This document shows, in pieces, positions 1 to 13,659 of a DNA stretch of 64,000 nucleotides. The notes beneath the pieces were generated by a model, which was not told where the DNA came from, searched no databases, and saw only the letters and a list, made by a program, of their open reading frames with translations. The stretch is from positions 1,984,929-2,048,928 of the forward strand of contig NC_057750.1 of the NCBI RefSeq assembly GCF_004010195.1, written 5' to 3'. This DNA is from Chiloscyllium plagiosum. Taxonomy: Eukaryota. The position numbers and the translations under genes were made by a program. Position 1 is the first letter of the stretch. The number at the start of each line of letters is the position of its first letter.

Positions 1-934
1 CTCCACCCCCATTATTTTCTTATAACTCAAGATTGCATGAGAATGGAACTATCGAGCTATATTAGAATCGACTGTAGACAATCTTATGGATATAACTTTT
101 TTCTCCAGTCCAAATTCTTCCTTTAGTCTTCATGAATCAGCTGCTACTGAGAAGACACATACCTAAACCACACTTAGCTGGTTCAAAGCTGCATTTCTAG
201 AAGTTATCAAGAAATGCATAAGCAATTTTTCAAAAACTCCAAGAACACAAAATATCACTTGAGGAAAAAAGGTGTAAATATTCAAGCTACTGGTCATGGA
301 TCCTGGATAAAAAAATTAGTGGTTTCCTCCTGTCAACATAGATTGAATTGTTTATGCTATTAAGTGCTGGAGAAAGCGCAAGAATTATTAATCTGTGGTC
401 CACAGAAATATCACTTATGGTTAGATGTGCAGTAGTTAAAATTAAAATAATTATTATACTATAAACACGGTGTAGATTATGGCACCTTAAAAAGTAGTGC
501 TGTAACTAGAGCATAAATTAATGGCTATAATTATCAACTTCCAACAAGTGAAATGGTTAACAGTAATACAAAAACTCCATAAATTCTCAACTAAACATAG
601 CAGAATCATTAGCAAAACTAATGTTCAATAATATTCTCACTACTTAGAAAATGTGTGCATTCTAGAAGGCAGACATAATTCAATAAATTGTTTGACATCA
701 TCTTCTTCACGTATGATTTTCACTTAGTTTTGTATAAGCATTAACAATTCTACTGCATTAACATCAGTCAGACACAATCTACTTGTGCTTCATTCCAGGA
801 AAATGTATACATGATCTAAACATCATTAGTTTTGCCATTTGAAGCTTGTCACTTGGCAGAACATTCCAAAGTGAATTTCAAACCCAGACTGTTCCAACAG
901 TAGTGAACTATGCCATGCACTGGTTTAAAAAAAA

Positions 935-1900
935 ACTCATTGGGTATGCGTGTCACTGAACAACATAGCATTTATCACCCATCCCTAGTTACCGTTGAGA
1001 TGGTGAGCTGCCTTCTTGAACTGTTACGGTCCATGTGCTGTAGCTAGACCACATCCTCCAGTCAGTCAGCTCCAACTCATCCGAAGAAGGGCTTATGCCC
1101 GAAACGTCGATTCTCCTGTTCCCTGGATGCTGCCTGACCTGCTGCGCTTTTCCAGCAACACATTTCCAGCTCTGATCTCCAGCATCTGCAGACCTCACTT
1201 TCTCCTCCAACTCATCAATGTTGACCTGCTGTGGTTCACCACCTGCTTGATTGGGTATTCTAGGATTCTTATTCAACAACACTGAAGGAACAGCAATTTA
1301 TTTCCAATTCAGGGTGGTGAGTGGCTTGGAAGGTAACTTGCATGTGGTGTTCTGCTGCCCTTGTCCTTCTACAGAGAAATGTTTGTTGGTTTAAAAGGTG
1401 GCAAAGGAGTCTTGGTAATTTTTTGGTGTTCTAGATGGTACACATTGTTGCTGCTGCTGAGTATCAGTGGAAAAGGGAATGGATGTTTGTGGATGTGATG
1501 GCATACAAGGGGGCTGCTTTATCCGATGGTGTTGCTGGAACATCATTCTTCCAGGCAAATGGTAAGTTTTCATCGCACTCCCAACTTGTGCATTGTACAG
1601 GAAGGAGAGGTTTTGGTGAGTCAGGAGATGAGTTACTCACTGCACAATTCCAAGCCTCTGATCTGCTTTTGTAACCACAGTATTTACATAGTTAGTCCAG
1701 TTCAGTTTCTGGTAACCATCAGGATGTTGATAATGGGGGATTGTGTGATGGTGCTGCCACTGAATTTCAAAGGTCAATGGTTATATACTCTTTTCTTGGA
1801 GATGGTCATTATCTGGCATATGTGGAGCAAATGTTACTTGGCATTTTTCACATCAAACCTGGACATTGTCCAAGTCTTTCTGCATTTGGACCATGGACTG
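935..1900 (-). mobile_element. Degenerate non-LTR retrotransposon (older L2/CR1-group family), 3' portion, interrupted by a Penelope stub
   Basis: Shares its terminal sequence with 13430-13590 (gcattta...ggtgagctgccttcttgaa). No intact ORF; boundaries approximate. Confidence 0.5.
1082..1204 (+). mobile_element. Penelope-like pLTR stub with hammerhead motif and 12-bp TSD
   Basis: Sequence c(c)gaaga-agggc-ttat-gccc-gaaacgtc followed by the pLTR tail, flanked by ctccaactcatc at 1070-1081 and 1205-1216. Confidence 0.85.
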
Positions 1901-1905
1901 TTCAG

Positions 1906-3084
1906 TACAACCTGTTTTGCTCTAAAGCAGTAGTTGCATTCTCGTGTGACCTCATGTTATAGAAAATTGTGCAACAGTAATAACAGGGGCTATGGGAAAA
2001 ACAGAGTTGGGGCGAACCACCAAATATATCAGTAAAAATCAAAACAAAAGCAGTAGTAGTTAGCCAACACAAACAACAGCACAGTCTAAGTACATGTTAA
2101 TATCATACTTTAATTAAATAATATAATAAATTTAACACTTTAGGGTGTTTCTGATTTTGTTGAGTTATAGTACTGTAATAAGGCAGGGGCTGAGGGTCAT
2201 CAGCATTACTTTCAGGTGCAGTTTTGGCAGGGTTACAACAAAATAAAATATTTAATCCAGAAGCGGATGGCTATAGTTCATTGTCTTCCAATTGATGCTT
2301 GGAGCTTGGCTTTAAAAAGGCATCTAGTTTTTGCTGCTTTGCCATCTTTCTCCTTTCATGAAGAAGCTGTTCATAGGGTGACAGATAAGACTTTAAGCCA
2401 CAAACTGCTATCCTGCTGCATTCTGCATTGTAATCATTATCTTATAAGAGCTGCAACTGCTTCTCAACTTCCCTCCGGAAAAAAACAAAAGTGGAAAGTT
2501 CTCTTGGTGCTGCACCCTGGATTTCATTGTCTTCATCTCGACTTTCAACTTCCCCCACTGCAACAAGCTGTTGTAGATGAGTCTCCACTTCTTCAAATCC
2601 AACTTGCTTAGCAAAAACAACACAATGTTCTTTGATTGCTGGAAGCTCGTCTGACGGTTCAACACCTTTAAAAGCATGAAGAAAATTTGCGAGAAGTTTC
2701 CACCAAAATGCATGCAAGCAGTCCTCACTGACATCATCACAGGCTTCCACAATGATGTCAATAGCATTCTTAATGTTAAAGCTCTTCCAAATTTGAAGAA
2801 TACTGTCTTCATTATCCCCTTCAATAGCTGCAATCAGCTTCCTTAATGTGCACCTTAAATAATAAGCTTTAAAAACTGCTATTGCATCCTACTCCATGGG
2901 TTGAATGAGAGAGATTGTGTTTGGAGGTAGAAATAGCACTTTGACGTTTTTAGAAAGTGAACTTAAGGTAACCGGGGATGGAATCGCATAATAGCCTGTT
3001 TTTTTAAAAATTGTTTCCCAATTCACCAATCACATTACAACCAAATCACATTGATGAAACGCCGCTATAGGAAAACAACCTGTA
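1906..3084 (-). mobile_element. Tigger/pogo-type DNA transposon remnant (DDE transposase C-terminal part)
   Basis: Minus-strand translation at ~2880-2940 gives VLFLPPNTISLIQPME*DAI, matching the Tigger FLPPNTTSLIQPMDQG motif. TA-flanked TIR-like ends at ~1906 (diverged) and 3084. Confidence 0.8.
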
Positions 3085-5630
3085 TCAGAACACAGAACAT
3101 AACAGCACAGTACAGGCCTTTCGGTCCTTCAATGTTGTGCCGCCCTATGAAAGCAATCTGAAACCCATCTAACCGACACTATTCCAATCTTGTCCTTATG
3201 CCTATCCACTGACCATTTAAATACCCCGACATTTGGCAATTCTATTACTGTTGCAGGCAGTGCGTTCCACATCCCTACTACCCTCTCAGTAAAGAAACTA
3301 CTTCTGACATCTGTCCTATATCTATCACCCCTCAATTTGAAGCTATGCCCCCTCGTGCTAGCCATCACCATCCAAGGAAAAAGGCTCTCAGTGTTCACCC
3401 GAAGTAACCCTCTGATTATCCTATATATCTCAATTAACTCACCTCTCCACCTTCTTCTGTCCAATGAAAACAGCTTCAATTCCCTCAACCTTTCCTCGTA
3501 AGACCTTCCTTCCATACCAGGCAACATCCTAGTTAATCTCCTCTGAACCCTTTCTAAAGCTTTCACATCCATCCTATAATGCGATGGCCAGAACTGCACG
3601 CAATACTCTAGGTGCACCACACCAGAGTTTTGTACAGCTGCAGCATGACCTCATGGTTCCGAAACTTGATCCCTCCACCAATAAAAACTAACACACCATA
3701 TGCCTTCTTAACAACCTGGGAGGGATTTATGTTCATTAACACTGAGATCTCTTTGCTCACCCACACGACCAAGAATCTTACCATTCGCCCAGTACTCTGT
3801 ATTGCTGTTACTCCTCCTAAAGTGAATCACCTCACACTTTTCCTCATTAAATTCCATCTGCCACCTCGCAGCCCAGCTCTGCAGCTTATCTATGTCCCTC
3901 TGTAACCTGCAACATCCTTCTGCACTATCCACAACTCTACTGACCTTGGTGTTGCCCACAAATTTACTAACCCATCCTCCTACACTCTCATCCAGGTTGT
4001 TTATAAAAATAACAAACAGCGGTGGACCCAAAACAGACCCTTGCAGTACACCACTAGTAACTGAACTTCAGGATGAACATTTCCCATCAACCACCACCCT
4101 TTGTCTTCTTTCAGCTAGCCAATTTCTGATCCAAACCGCTCTCAATCCCATGCCTCTGTATTTTGTGCAATAGCCTACCTTGGAGAACCTTATCAAACAC
4201 CTTACTGAAATCCATATACGTCTACCTGTTTGGTCACCTTCTCAAAGAACTCACTATCCCTAATCAACTTATTCCTAGCAAGATGAATATAAGTCCTATC
4301 TCGTATAGCCTTGTCCACCACTTCACCCACAACCAAAGTAACACTCATTGATCTATAATTACCAGGGTTGTCTCTACTCCACTTCTCAAACAAGGGAACA
4401 ACTTGCTATCCGCCAGTCTTCTGGTACTATTCCTGTCGACAATGACGACATAAAGATCAAAGCCAAAGACTCCGCAATCTCTTCCCTGGCTTCCCACAGA
4501 ATCCTAGGATAAATCTCATCTGGCCCAGGGTATATACCTATTTTCACACTTTCCAGAATTTCTAACACCTCCTCCTTGTGAACCTCAATCCCATCTCGTC
4601 TAGTAATCTGTTCCCTTATATACCTATAGAAAGCTTTTGAGCGTTCCCTAATCCTATCTGCCAACAACTTCTCATGTACCCTCTTCGCTAGACTTAGCTC
4701 TTTCTTCAGGTCAGTCCTGGCAACCTTGTAACTCCCAATCACCCTAACTGAGCCTTCACATCTCATCCCAACATAAACCTGCTTCTTCCTCTTGACAAGA
4801 GATTCAACTTCCTTAGTAAACAACGGCTCCTGCGCTCGACAACCTCTTGTCTGACAGATACATAGTTATCAAGGACACACAATAAGCTCCACATTTCTAT
4901 TGTGCCCATCCCCTGCAGTATCATATGCATCCTAAATCTTGTCTGATCGCATCGTAATTGCCTTTCCCACAGCTGTCGCTCTTGCCCGCCAGTGTATACC
5001 TATCCTTTTCCACCACTAAAGTAAACATAACTAAATTGTGGTCATTATCACCAAAGTGCTCACCTACCTCCAAATCTAACACCTGGCCGGATTCATTACC
5101 CAGTACTAAATCTAATGTGGCCTCTCCCCTTGTTGGACTTTCTACATACTGTGTCAGAAAACCCTCCTGCACACAATGGACAAAAACTGACCCATCTAAA
5201 ATACTTGAACTATAATATTCCCAGTCAATATTTGGAAAGTTGAAGTTCCCCCATAGCAACTACCCTGTCACACTTGTTCCTATCGAGAATCATCTTTGCT
5301 ATCCTTTCCTCTATGTCTCTGGAACTATTCAGAGGCCTATAAAAAACTTCCAACAGGCTGACCTCTCCTTTCCTATTTCTAATCTCAGTCCATACTACCT
5401 TAGTTGACAAGTCCTCAAATGTCCTTTGTGTAGCTATAATACTGTCCTTGACTAACAATGCCACACCCCCACCTCTTTTTCCATCTTCTCTGTTCTTACT
5501 GAAACATGTAAATCACGGAAACTGCAACAACCATTCCTGTCCCTACTCTACCCATGTCTCTGAAATGGCCACAACATCAAAACTCCACGCTGCAAGTTCA
5601 CCCACCTTATTCTGGAAAAGTCATGAGAGG
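3085..5630 (-). mobile_element. CR1 (HER1-like) LINE, frameshifted ORF2 (APE endonuclease + RT) and 3' tail
   Basis: ORF fragments GNFNFPNIDW, PTRGEATLDLVL, PGPDEIYPRIL, GPPLFVIFINNL and HLEYCVQFW..ERVQRR. Confidence 0.95.
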
Positions 5631-5639
5631 TGCTGAAAA

Positions 5640-5943
5640 TTAGATTACTTACAGTATGGAAACAGGCCCTTTGGCCCAACAAGTCCACACCGACTCGCCG
5701 AAGCGCAACCCACCCATACCCCTACATTTACCCCTTCACCTAACACTACGGGCAATTTAGCATGGCCAAATCACCTGACCTGCACATCTTTGAACTGTGG
5801 GAGGAAACCGGAGCACCCGGAGGAAACCCACGCAGACAGGGGGAGAATGTGCAAACTCCACACAGTTGCCTGAGGTGGGAATTGAACCCAGGTCTCTGGC
5901 GCTGTGAGGCAGCAGTGCTAATCACTGTGGCACCGTGCCGCCC
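5640..5943 (-). mobile_element. HE1-type tRNA-derived SINE
   Basis: The minus strand has a Pol III A box (gtgccacagtgattagc), a B box (ggttcaattccc), the V-SINE body tgtggagtttgcacattctccc and a CR1-like tail. Confidence 0.9.
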
Positions 5944-5944
5944 A

Positions 5945-6455
5945 CCAATTGTGCAAACATATCCATTTTTGACTTTATGATAGAGGGAAGGTCATTGATG
6001 AAACAGCTGATGATAACTGGGCCAAAGACAGTACCATGAGGAACTCTTGCAGTGATGTCCTGGAGCCTGGATAACTGACATCTATCTTCCTTTATGCTCA
6101 ATATGACTTCAACCCTGACTCCCTTTGAATCCACTTTGCTAGGACTCCTTGATGCCACACTAGGTCAAATGCTGTCGTGAGTCAAGGACTGTTACTCTCA
6201 CTTCACCTCTGGAGTTCAGCTCTCTTTCGAATGTTTGAACCAGCCAGCAGATGCTGCTTGATAGCACAGTTGATGACATCTTCCATCACTTTACTAATGA
6301 TCAAGCGTAGACTGATGGCGTGGTGACTGGCTAAACTAATTTTTTTTTGTTTTTTGCTACAAGACACTCCTGGGCAAGTTTCCACCATGTCAGGTAGACC
6401 CCACCTTTGCAGCTGTACTGGAACAGCTCAACTAGGGATGTAGCAAGTTCTGAAT
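5945..6455 (-). mobile_element. Older LINE RT fragment (same family as 16380-19040)
   Basis: ARVPHGTVFGPVIISCFINDLPSII matches the RT motif region at 18870-18950. Confidence 0.75.
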
Positions 6456-6513
6456 TCTTCATACTTCATCAAAAGCCCAGCCTTACACAGCATCATTGTC
6501 AAAGTACTTTTAC

Positions 6514-7122
6514 CTCATTTGTCTTCCACCATCATCTCAATGAACAACATTAATTTTAAGATTGTTCTTTAGCAGTTTTTATTTATATATTTATATCCCA
6601 AAAATGATCCAATTAAAAACAGACATCTCAGAATGTTTCAATTTTAGTACTATCAGCCATGTGATCTCAAACCATACTAGGAAAACTACAATTATCCTGG
6701 AGCTTGATGCTTAAGTTTGCAGGTCTCACTCATTACTCTGTTGTTGGTCTTCCCTCAACATAGCTTCTCCCCGATGGTACTGTCTGTTCATCATATTTTC
6801 TGTTGATCCACTTTTTTAACTCACATTTATGACATATTGGGGGTTTCCACAAGATTAGTGTACATAACAATCTACATAAGAAAAAGGTCAAAGTCTTGAC
6901 CAACGGAAGAGCCCAAATACAACGCACATGGTGACTATTTAGCAAAAGAGCTTCTTTTGATATTGTTCATTCTTTGGCAGCAAGAAGCTCCTGGCCTCCA
7001 CTCAGATTTCTATTGCAGACAAAGTGACAGCAATTTTATGGGGATCAGATATGGACGATATTAAGATCGTGAGGACCAAATATTAATCATGGCAAGCCAT
7101 TTAGCTGTCCAAGAACTAGTAC
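6514..7122 (-). other. Candidate non-coding (5'UTR) exon of the minus-strand gene
   Basis: Pyrimidine-rich acceptor ttttctttccttatctcttaAG at 7124-7123 and donor gag|GTaaaag at 6513. Unique sequence with only short ORFs. Confidence 0.35.
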
Positions 7123-7757
7123 CTTAAGAGATAAGGAAAGAAAACTGAGAAGGGGTTAGAGGTGAGGAGATGTGGCAATTGGGGTGGGGGAGGAGAAAAG
7201 AGAATTGAGAAAGATGGAGAAGGCCAATACAAAAGGCAAGAGCTACGGACTAACTATGCAAGCAAGAAATCAAAAATAAATCAAACAATTTTCAATTGTC
7301 AGATCAACGAATTCAGAAATTGAAGGTTCAAATCAAATTTCACAGTTTGAGAATATTAATTCAGTCTTTAAAAAATTAAATAGGAAATAAAATGCTGGTA
7401 AACGGTGAAGGTTCACAAAGTTAAAGATTGTCGTAAAAATCCAAGATATTAACCAAATGCCCTTTTGGGAAGGAAAGCTTCATTTGGCTCGTATGTCACA
7501 GTGAGTCCCAGGCCAATGAGATTAATATTAAATCCCCTTTAAAAAGTGGCTGACTGAATTTCTCAAGTTTAACCTACACTATTGGCTTTATTCTGAACTG
7601 CATTAATCATCTAGACAACTCAACTAGTCAATCCTCACATTAATGCAGTACACATCTCATAAAAAGTAGTGTTAGCCAATTATAAAAATATTGAATAAAT
7701 CAAGTCATTTAACTTTCAAAGTTACTCAGTGAAACTAAAATACATTAATATTTTACA

Positions 7758-8481
7758 NNNNNNNNNNNNNNNNNNNNNNNNNNNNNNNNNNNNNNNNNNN
7801 NNNNNNNNNNNNNNNNNNNNNNNNNNNNNNNNNNNNNNNNNNNNNNNNNNNNNNNNNNNNNNNNNNNNNNNNNNNNNNNNNNNNNNNNNNNNNNNNNNNN
7901 NNNNNNNNNNNNNNNNNNNNNNNNNNNNNNNNNNNNNNNNNNNNNNNNNNNNNNNNNNNNNNNNNNNNNNNNNNNNNNNNNNNNNNNNNNNNNNNNNNNN
8001 NNNNNNNNNNNNNNNNNNNNNNNNNNNNNNNNNNNNNNNNNNNNNNNNNNNNNNNNNNNNNNNNNNNNNNNNNNNNNNNNNNNNNNNNNNNNNNNNNNNN
8101 NNNNNNNNNNNNNNNNNNNNNNNNNNNNNNNNNNNNNNNNNNNNNNNNNNNNNNNNNNNNNNNNNNNNNNNNNNNNNNNNNNNNNNNNNNNNNNNNNNNN
8201 NNNNNNNNNNNNNNNNNNNNNNNNNNNNNNNNNNNNNNNNNNNNNNNNNNNNNNNNNNNNNNNNNNNNNNNNNNNNNNNNNNNNNNNNNNNNNNNNNNNN
8301 NNNNNNNNNNNNNNNNNNNNNNNNNNNNNNNNNNNNNNNNNNNNNNNNNNNNNNNNNNNNNNNNNNNNNNNNNNNNNNNNNNNNNNNNNNNNNNNNNNNN
8401 NNNNNNNNNNNNNNNNNNNNNNNNNNNNNNNNNNNNNNNNNNNNNNNNNNNNNNNNNNNNNNNNNNNNNNNNNNNNNNNNN
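7758..8481. other. Assembly gap (724 N)
   Basis: Run of N. Confidence 1.
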
Positions 8482-8548
8482 GATTTTGGGGAGATAGTGA
8501 AATGATTTTGAGTGAATATGTGGAGGGGGGGGGGTTGAAGGTCCTCAC

Positions 8549-8700
8549 CTCCTGATTTTCTTTCGACGCCTCCGGCCCGCGCCGCCTCACACTTTGGCGC
8601 CTACCGCCGCCACCCGCTCCCTCCGCGCTTCCAATATCGTCCCCGCCGCCGACCCCCAAACCTCTACAATCGCATCTGCGTCGAATCTCGAAGTAGCCGG
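8549..8700 (-). other. Candidate GC-rich first exon of a minus-strand gene (start approximate)
   Basis: Consensus donor CAGGAG|GTGAGG (GT at 8548-8547) at the edge of the CpG island. Confidence 0.55.
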
Positions 8701-9125
8701 CAGTATATTTCGGGGAGGGGTGAGGAAGTGGGTCTGAGGGTGGGACACGAGGGGCGACGGTAGGGCGGCGAATTAAAGACGTCGATAAATGGCGGAAGGT
8801 TATCGCTTCCTCCTCGCGGTGGAAGCGTCACGCGGCCAAGCCTCTCTATTATCACATCAAGAGGGGGGATGGAAACGACGTCTTCACATATTGCCGCACG
8901 TAATATGAAGGAGTTAATTCTTTATGAGGTGCCAACGTTGGATCTAACAGTTTCTTCCCCGATTGCAGATGTATTCGAAGCGCATGCTGGATTGAGCAGC
9001 GGGATAATTGAAGAGACGTAGTTGATCCTCCCCTACTCCTGAGTCCGTGAATGGTCTGAGCCAGGCTCGAGGAGTAGCGCGCGCCCTTGTAGCCACGTGG
9101 TCCAGGGCTTGAAGCACGTGGCGCT
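8555..9125. promoter_or_regulatory. CpG-island promoter (housekeeping-type, possibly bidirectional)
   Basis: Dense CpG in an otherwise CpG-depleted window. YY1-like AAATGGCGG at 8787-8795 overlapping ETS-like CGGAAG, a GGGCGG box, CCAAT at 8631, and E-boxes CACGTG at 9094 and 9115. Confidence 0.8.
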
Positions 9126-10610
9126 GGGAATGGGAGCCATTGGGGCAGGGATGGATTGGGAATTCTGAAAAGGTATGGGAATTCTGTGAGAGAATAGGAA
9201 TCAGGGACGTGGGAAAAATGAGAATGGAAAATATGTTGGTGGTATGGAATGGAAATTCTGAGAAGGAATGGGAATCGCAGACGATGGGAAACAATGTGGG
9301 AAGGGATGGGAGTTCTGTGAGGAATGGGAATTCAGAGGAAGTGGATTGGAATACATGGGGATAGCAGCGAATGGGCATTTGGAGTGGGAGATGGGAAACA
9401 GGAGTGGGAAAAATGTGAATTCTGAGAGGAAACAATGGGAAGACATGAGAGGTTTGTGATGCAATGGGAATTCTGAGATGGAGTGGGAAATATGGAGATT
9501 GGAAGGAATTGAAATTCTGAGAAGAAATGGGAAACGGGAACAGCTTGAATGGGAATGCTGAAAGCAACTGACAAACATGGGGAAGAGAGAGAATGGTAAA
9601 CATGAGATGTGAGATGGAATTAGAATTTTGAGAGGAAATGGGAGACTGAGAGAATGGGAAACAATGTGAGAAAGGGTGGGAGTTCTGTGGGGATGGAAGA
9701 TATGAACGTGGGGTTAAAAAATAATTCTGAGTGGATTGGGAAACAGGGTGGGATAGAATGGAAATTTTTAAAGGGAATGGGAAATCTGAATTCTGAGAGG
9801 GAATGGGAAATGGAATTGGGAGTGAATGGGAAATATATTGTGATTAGGAATGGGAAATTCTGAGGGAGAATGAAAAAATGGAGGTGGAAGATGATGGGAA
9901 TTCTGAGAGGGAATGGGAAACAGAGGAGTGGGATGGAAAGTGAATTCTGAGAGCAAATGCATGTGGGAGGCAATGGGAATTCTGATAGGGATTGGGAGAC
10001 ATGGGAGTGGAATGGAATAGGAATTGGGTGGAATGGGAAATGGGTGTGTGGGCTGGAATGGAAATTCAGAAAATAGGAATTCTGAGAAGGAATGAGACAT
10101 GTGGTAAGCAGGTTGGAATTGGAATTCTGGGAATGAATTGGAATTTAATGTGGGATAGTATGGAGTTCTGTGAGGGAATTGGAATTCTGAGAACGAATGA
10201 AAACATGGGATGGGTGGGAATAGGAATTCTGAGAGGGAATGGGACATGTGGAGTGGAATGCAAAGGGAATTTTGTGGGAGTGGGATATAATGGGAATTCG
10301 GACAGGGAATGGGAACCATATGGTGGAGGTCAAATGGGATTTCTATGGAGTGGAAAGCATTGGGTTGGAGAGAATGGGAATTATGTGAGGAAGTCAGAAT
10401 TCCCTGAAAGGAGGTAGCTTTGTAGTGTGAGGAAATGGGAATCCTGAGAGTAGGTGGGAACCATATAGGATGTTTTGGGAATTCTGAGAATGCATAGTTT
10501 CTCTGAGGGAATGGAAGCAATGTGGGAGGGATTGGGAACTGTGGGAAAGAATGTGCATTGTGGAGAAAATGAGAATCATGATGGAAAGAATAAAGAATTC
10601 TGGGAAGGAC
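9126..10610 (+). repeat. Purine-rich degenerate satellite built on GGGAATTCTGAGA/GGAATGGGA
   Basis: Many imperfect copies of (g)aattctgag and ggaatggga with strong strand asymmetry. Confidence 0.9.
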
Positions 10611-12584
10611 AGAGGACTGCGTGGCGGTTGGCACTAGAGATTGCTTTGAGGCATTAGGACTTATTATCTTGAAAGCACACTGATATACACTTCAGTATAA
10701 TTTCATCAATCAAGATGGCAATATTCTGAAACTTTGTCATAATCCTTGCTGCATGATAGAATATTTATAACACAGAAAGGAGTTATTCATTCAGTAATGT
10801 CCACATTGGGTGTTTCCAAGATCATCTGGTCTGCTTAATTGTGTAAATATTTCCAAATTCAATGAAATGTTGATGATAATCACTGTCACAGGGTGAGCAC
10901 TCCAAATGCTGTGCGTTTCTTGACCACAAGCCTTATAAGGTATTAGACTCCGTGTTGTGTATGATACTAGATCTGCTGAGAATTGTGGCCTTTTGTTGAT
11001 TATGGTACTCAATAACTCCAAAGAATGAGGGCTATGTCACCAGCTGGGCTAAACCCTAAACTTTTGAATTCCATCCTTAACCCTCTTTGTTACCCTCTCT
11101 ACCTTTTAAGATGTCCTTTTAAGATAATTTCGAATCAACCTGTTCAGAGAGGTTATCATTCACCTCCAAGTGGATGGGACTTGAAACTGGGCTCTTGGTC
11201 TAGAAGTAGGGACACCAGCACAAGTGCCTTTAAGATATTCTTTTAAAACCTATTTGTTTTATTTTGATCACTTGTCTTAAGAGGTCCTTGTGTGGCTCAG
11301 TTTCAAACATAGTTTAATAAAATTCCTGTGAAGCACTTTGGGAAGTTTAATTATGTTAAAGGAGAATCATTGTGAATGTAGGACATGGTTCAAGTGAATG
11401 AAAGAAAACCTTGCATTTCTGACACTGTGTTTATAACCTCAAAGCTCTTTCATTGGGGTTGCATAGGGCTAAGAACCAGGTCCCTTATTTTCTGTAGCAT
11501 GTTCTACTGCATTAGACTTGAAAGAAATCTGCAGGTGATACTAAGTTTGTTGGTGTGGTTAAAAGTGAAGAAGAAAGCTTGCGACTGAGGGAAACAAACA
11601 GTACGCTAGATCAGTAGATGGGGCATTGGCAAATAGTGTACAAGCTAGAGAAAAGTGAGGTATTGCATTTGGAGAAGTCTAAGAATCAAGGAATCATTGG
11701 TCTACGTAGTGACAGTGGCATAGGTCAGTTCTATTATCCAATTCAGTCAGGAAACGACCAGAGGACATAAAATATAAACAGAAAATAAATCTGTCTATCT
11801 TTTGAATCCAGGAGAAATGAAAAGCAGGATCTGTATTAGTCTTAAATGATTAAAGACTTTGCATCATACCAGAACAAGATGAAATATACATCAGATTTAG
11901 GCTTAGGAAAAGCTCCTATATCTTTGAAGTGTTATCTATAGATCAATAAATCAGACTTAATTAAATCTACATCAATTCCAGGAAACCTAAGGGTAATGGC
12001 AAACACTTGCTAATACATCATACATTTTCCTCAGGCCAGTATCACAGGAATAGACCTAGATACAAACTGCAGCTCATGAGAATTTAGAAAATGAGAATAA
12101 GAATTGTTTTATTCAACAACCCTTTGATGGACTAACTGTTGCTGCTTTGAGGCTTAGGGGAAAGGCACTTTGCAAAGGTACAGATGGTTATGAACCATAC
12201 AAGATGAATACCGAGATGAGCACCATTATCTAGCATTCCTAACAGCATTAGTTGTTGCTCGTTTTGATGACAAGGATCTGATTAACCTTGACTGGATGCA
12301 AATCTAGACCCAATTACATGTATGGCTGTCAAGTACCAAGTTACGTACACATGGAGACCAAACCCTTGATGTAAACATCTGTTAATAAGGTTGGAAGCAA
12401 ACAGTAGCAGCTTTGAAAATGACCTGAGCAATTTCTTTTGTAGCTTTGCCCAAAGATAGGGCTGAATTTCAGCATAAATCGGCTGATGCTAAATTTGACA
12501 AGTTTCATGGAACGTTTCTTTCCATGAAGCCCAGCACAATTTCTCTCACTATTGTCTGAAACACACTTCATACCTATGCATCCT

Positions 12585-13305
12585 ATGAATGTAAGAAATA
12601 GGAGCAGGAATAGGCCATCTAGCCCCTTGAGCCTGCTTTGCCATTCAATAAGATCATGGCTGATCTTATCATGGACTCAGTTCCACTATCCACCCATTCA
12701 CCATAACCCTTAATTCTTTTACTATTCTAAAATCTATCTGTCTTTGCCTTAAAAAAATTCAACAAGAGAGCCTCAACTGTTTCTCTGGACAAGGAATTCT
12801 ACAGATTCACGGCCCTTTGAGTGAAGGAGTTCCTCCTCAACTCAGTCCTATATCTAGTTCTAGTTTCACCTGCCATTTGAAACATCCTCCCTGCTTCTAT
12901 CTTATCTCTTCCCTTCATAATTTTATATGTTTCTATCAGATTCCTTCCTCATTCTTCTAAATTCCAATGGGTATAGTCCCAGTCTACTCAATTTCTTCTC
13001 ATAAGCCAACCCTCTCAATTCTGGAATCAACCAAGTGAACCACCCCCTCCAGTGCCAATACATCCTTTCTCAGCTAAGGAGACCAAAACTACACAGTACT
13101 CCAGGTGTAGCCTCACTAGCACCCTACACAGCTGCAGCATAACCTCCCCATTTTTAAACTCCATCCCTCCAGCAATGAAGGATAATATTCCATTTTCCTT
13201 CTTAATTACCTGCTGCACCTGCAAATCAGCTATTTGTGATAGCTATTTGTGATTCATGCTCAAGGACAACCAGGTCCCTCTGCACAGCAGCATGTTACAA
13301 TCTTT
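12585..13305 (-). mobile_element. CR1 LINE 3' fragment
   Basis: QVQQVIKKENGILSFI...RLHLEYC plus a CR1 3'UTR. Confidence 0.85.
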
Positions 13306-13659
13306 CATAGTCCGTAATTGTTAAATAATCATGCCTCTATGGCGCCCTGCTTGTTGTAACTTCCCTCTTGCCATGTGCAAAAGTACTCTTCCCAACATTC
13401 CTGGTACTGGGGCCAAATCTGAAATGCATTTTTTTTTTAATTCACTCATGAGAAATGGGCATCACTGGCTGGCCAGCATTTATTTAATTTCTGGTTGCAC
13501 TTGAAAGGGGATGGTGAGCTGCTTTCTTGAACCACAGTCCATATGCTGTGGGTATATCCATGATGTTGTTAGGAAATTCTAGAATTTTGACCCAGCGACA
13601 TGTGCATTGAGTGAGGCATTATCTGTCGATTTAGAGCTGCCCTGAATGGGTAATGTGAA

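Noticed and set aside
1..12. MGVE start suggesting CD81 or FKBP1B
   Set aside because: Four codons at the window edge cannot support a gene identification.
7729..8659. Long ORFs spanning N-runs (also 24518-25269 and 27214-28136)
   Set aside because: Artefacts of translating assembly gaps.
8944..10657. ORFs up to 288 aa rich in F/P/S/H/I or G/W/E/N
   Set aside because: Translations of the purine-rich satellite, open in several frames with no domain signature.
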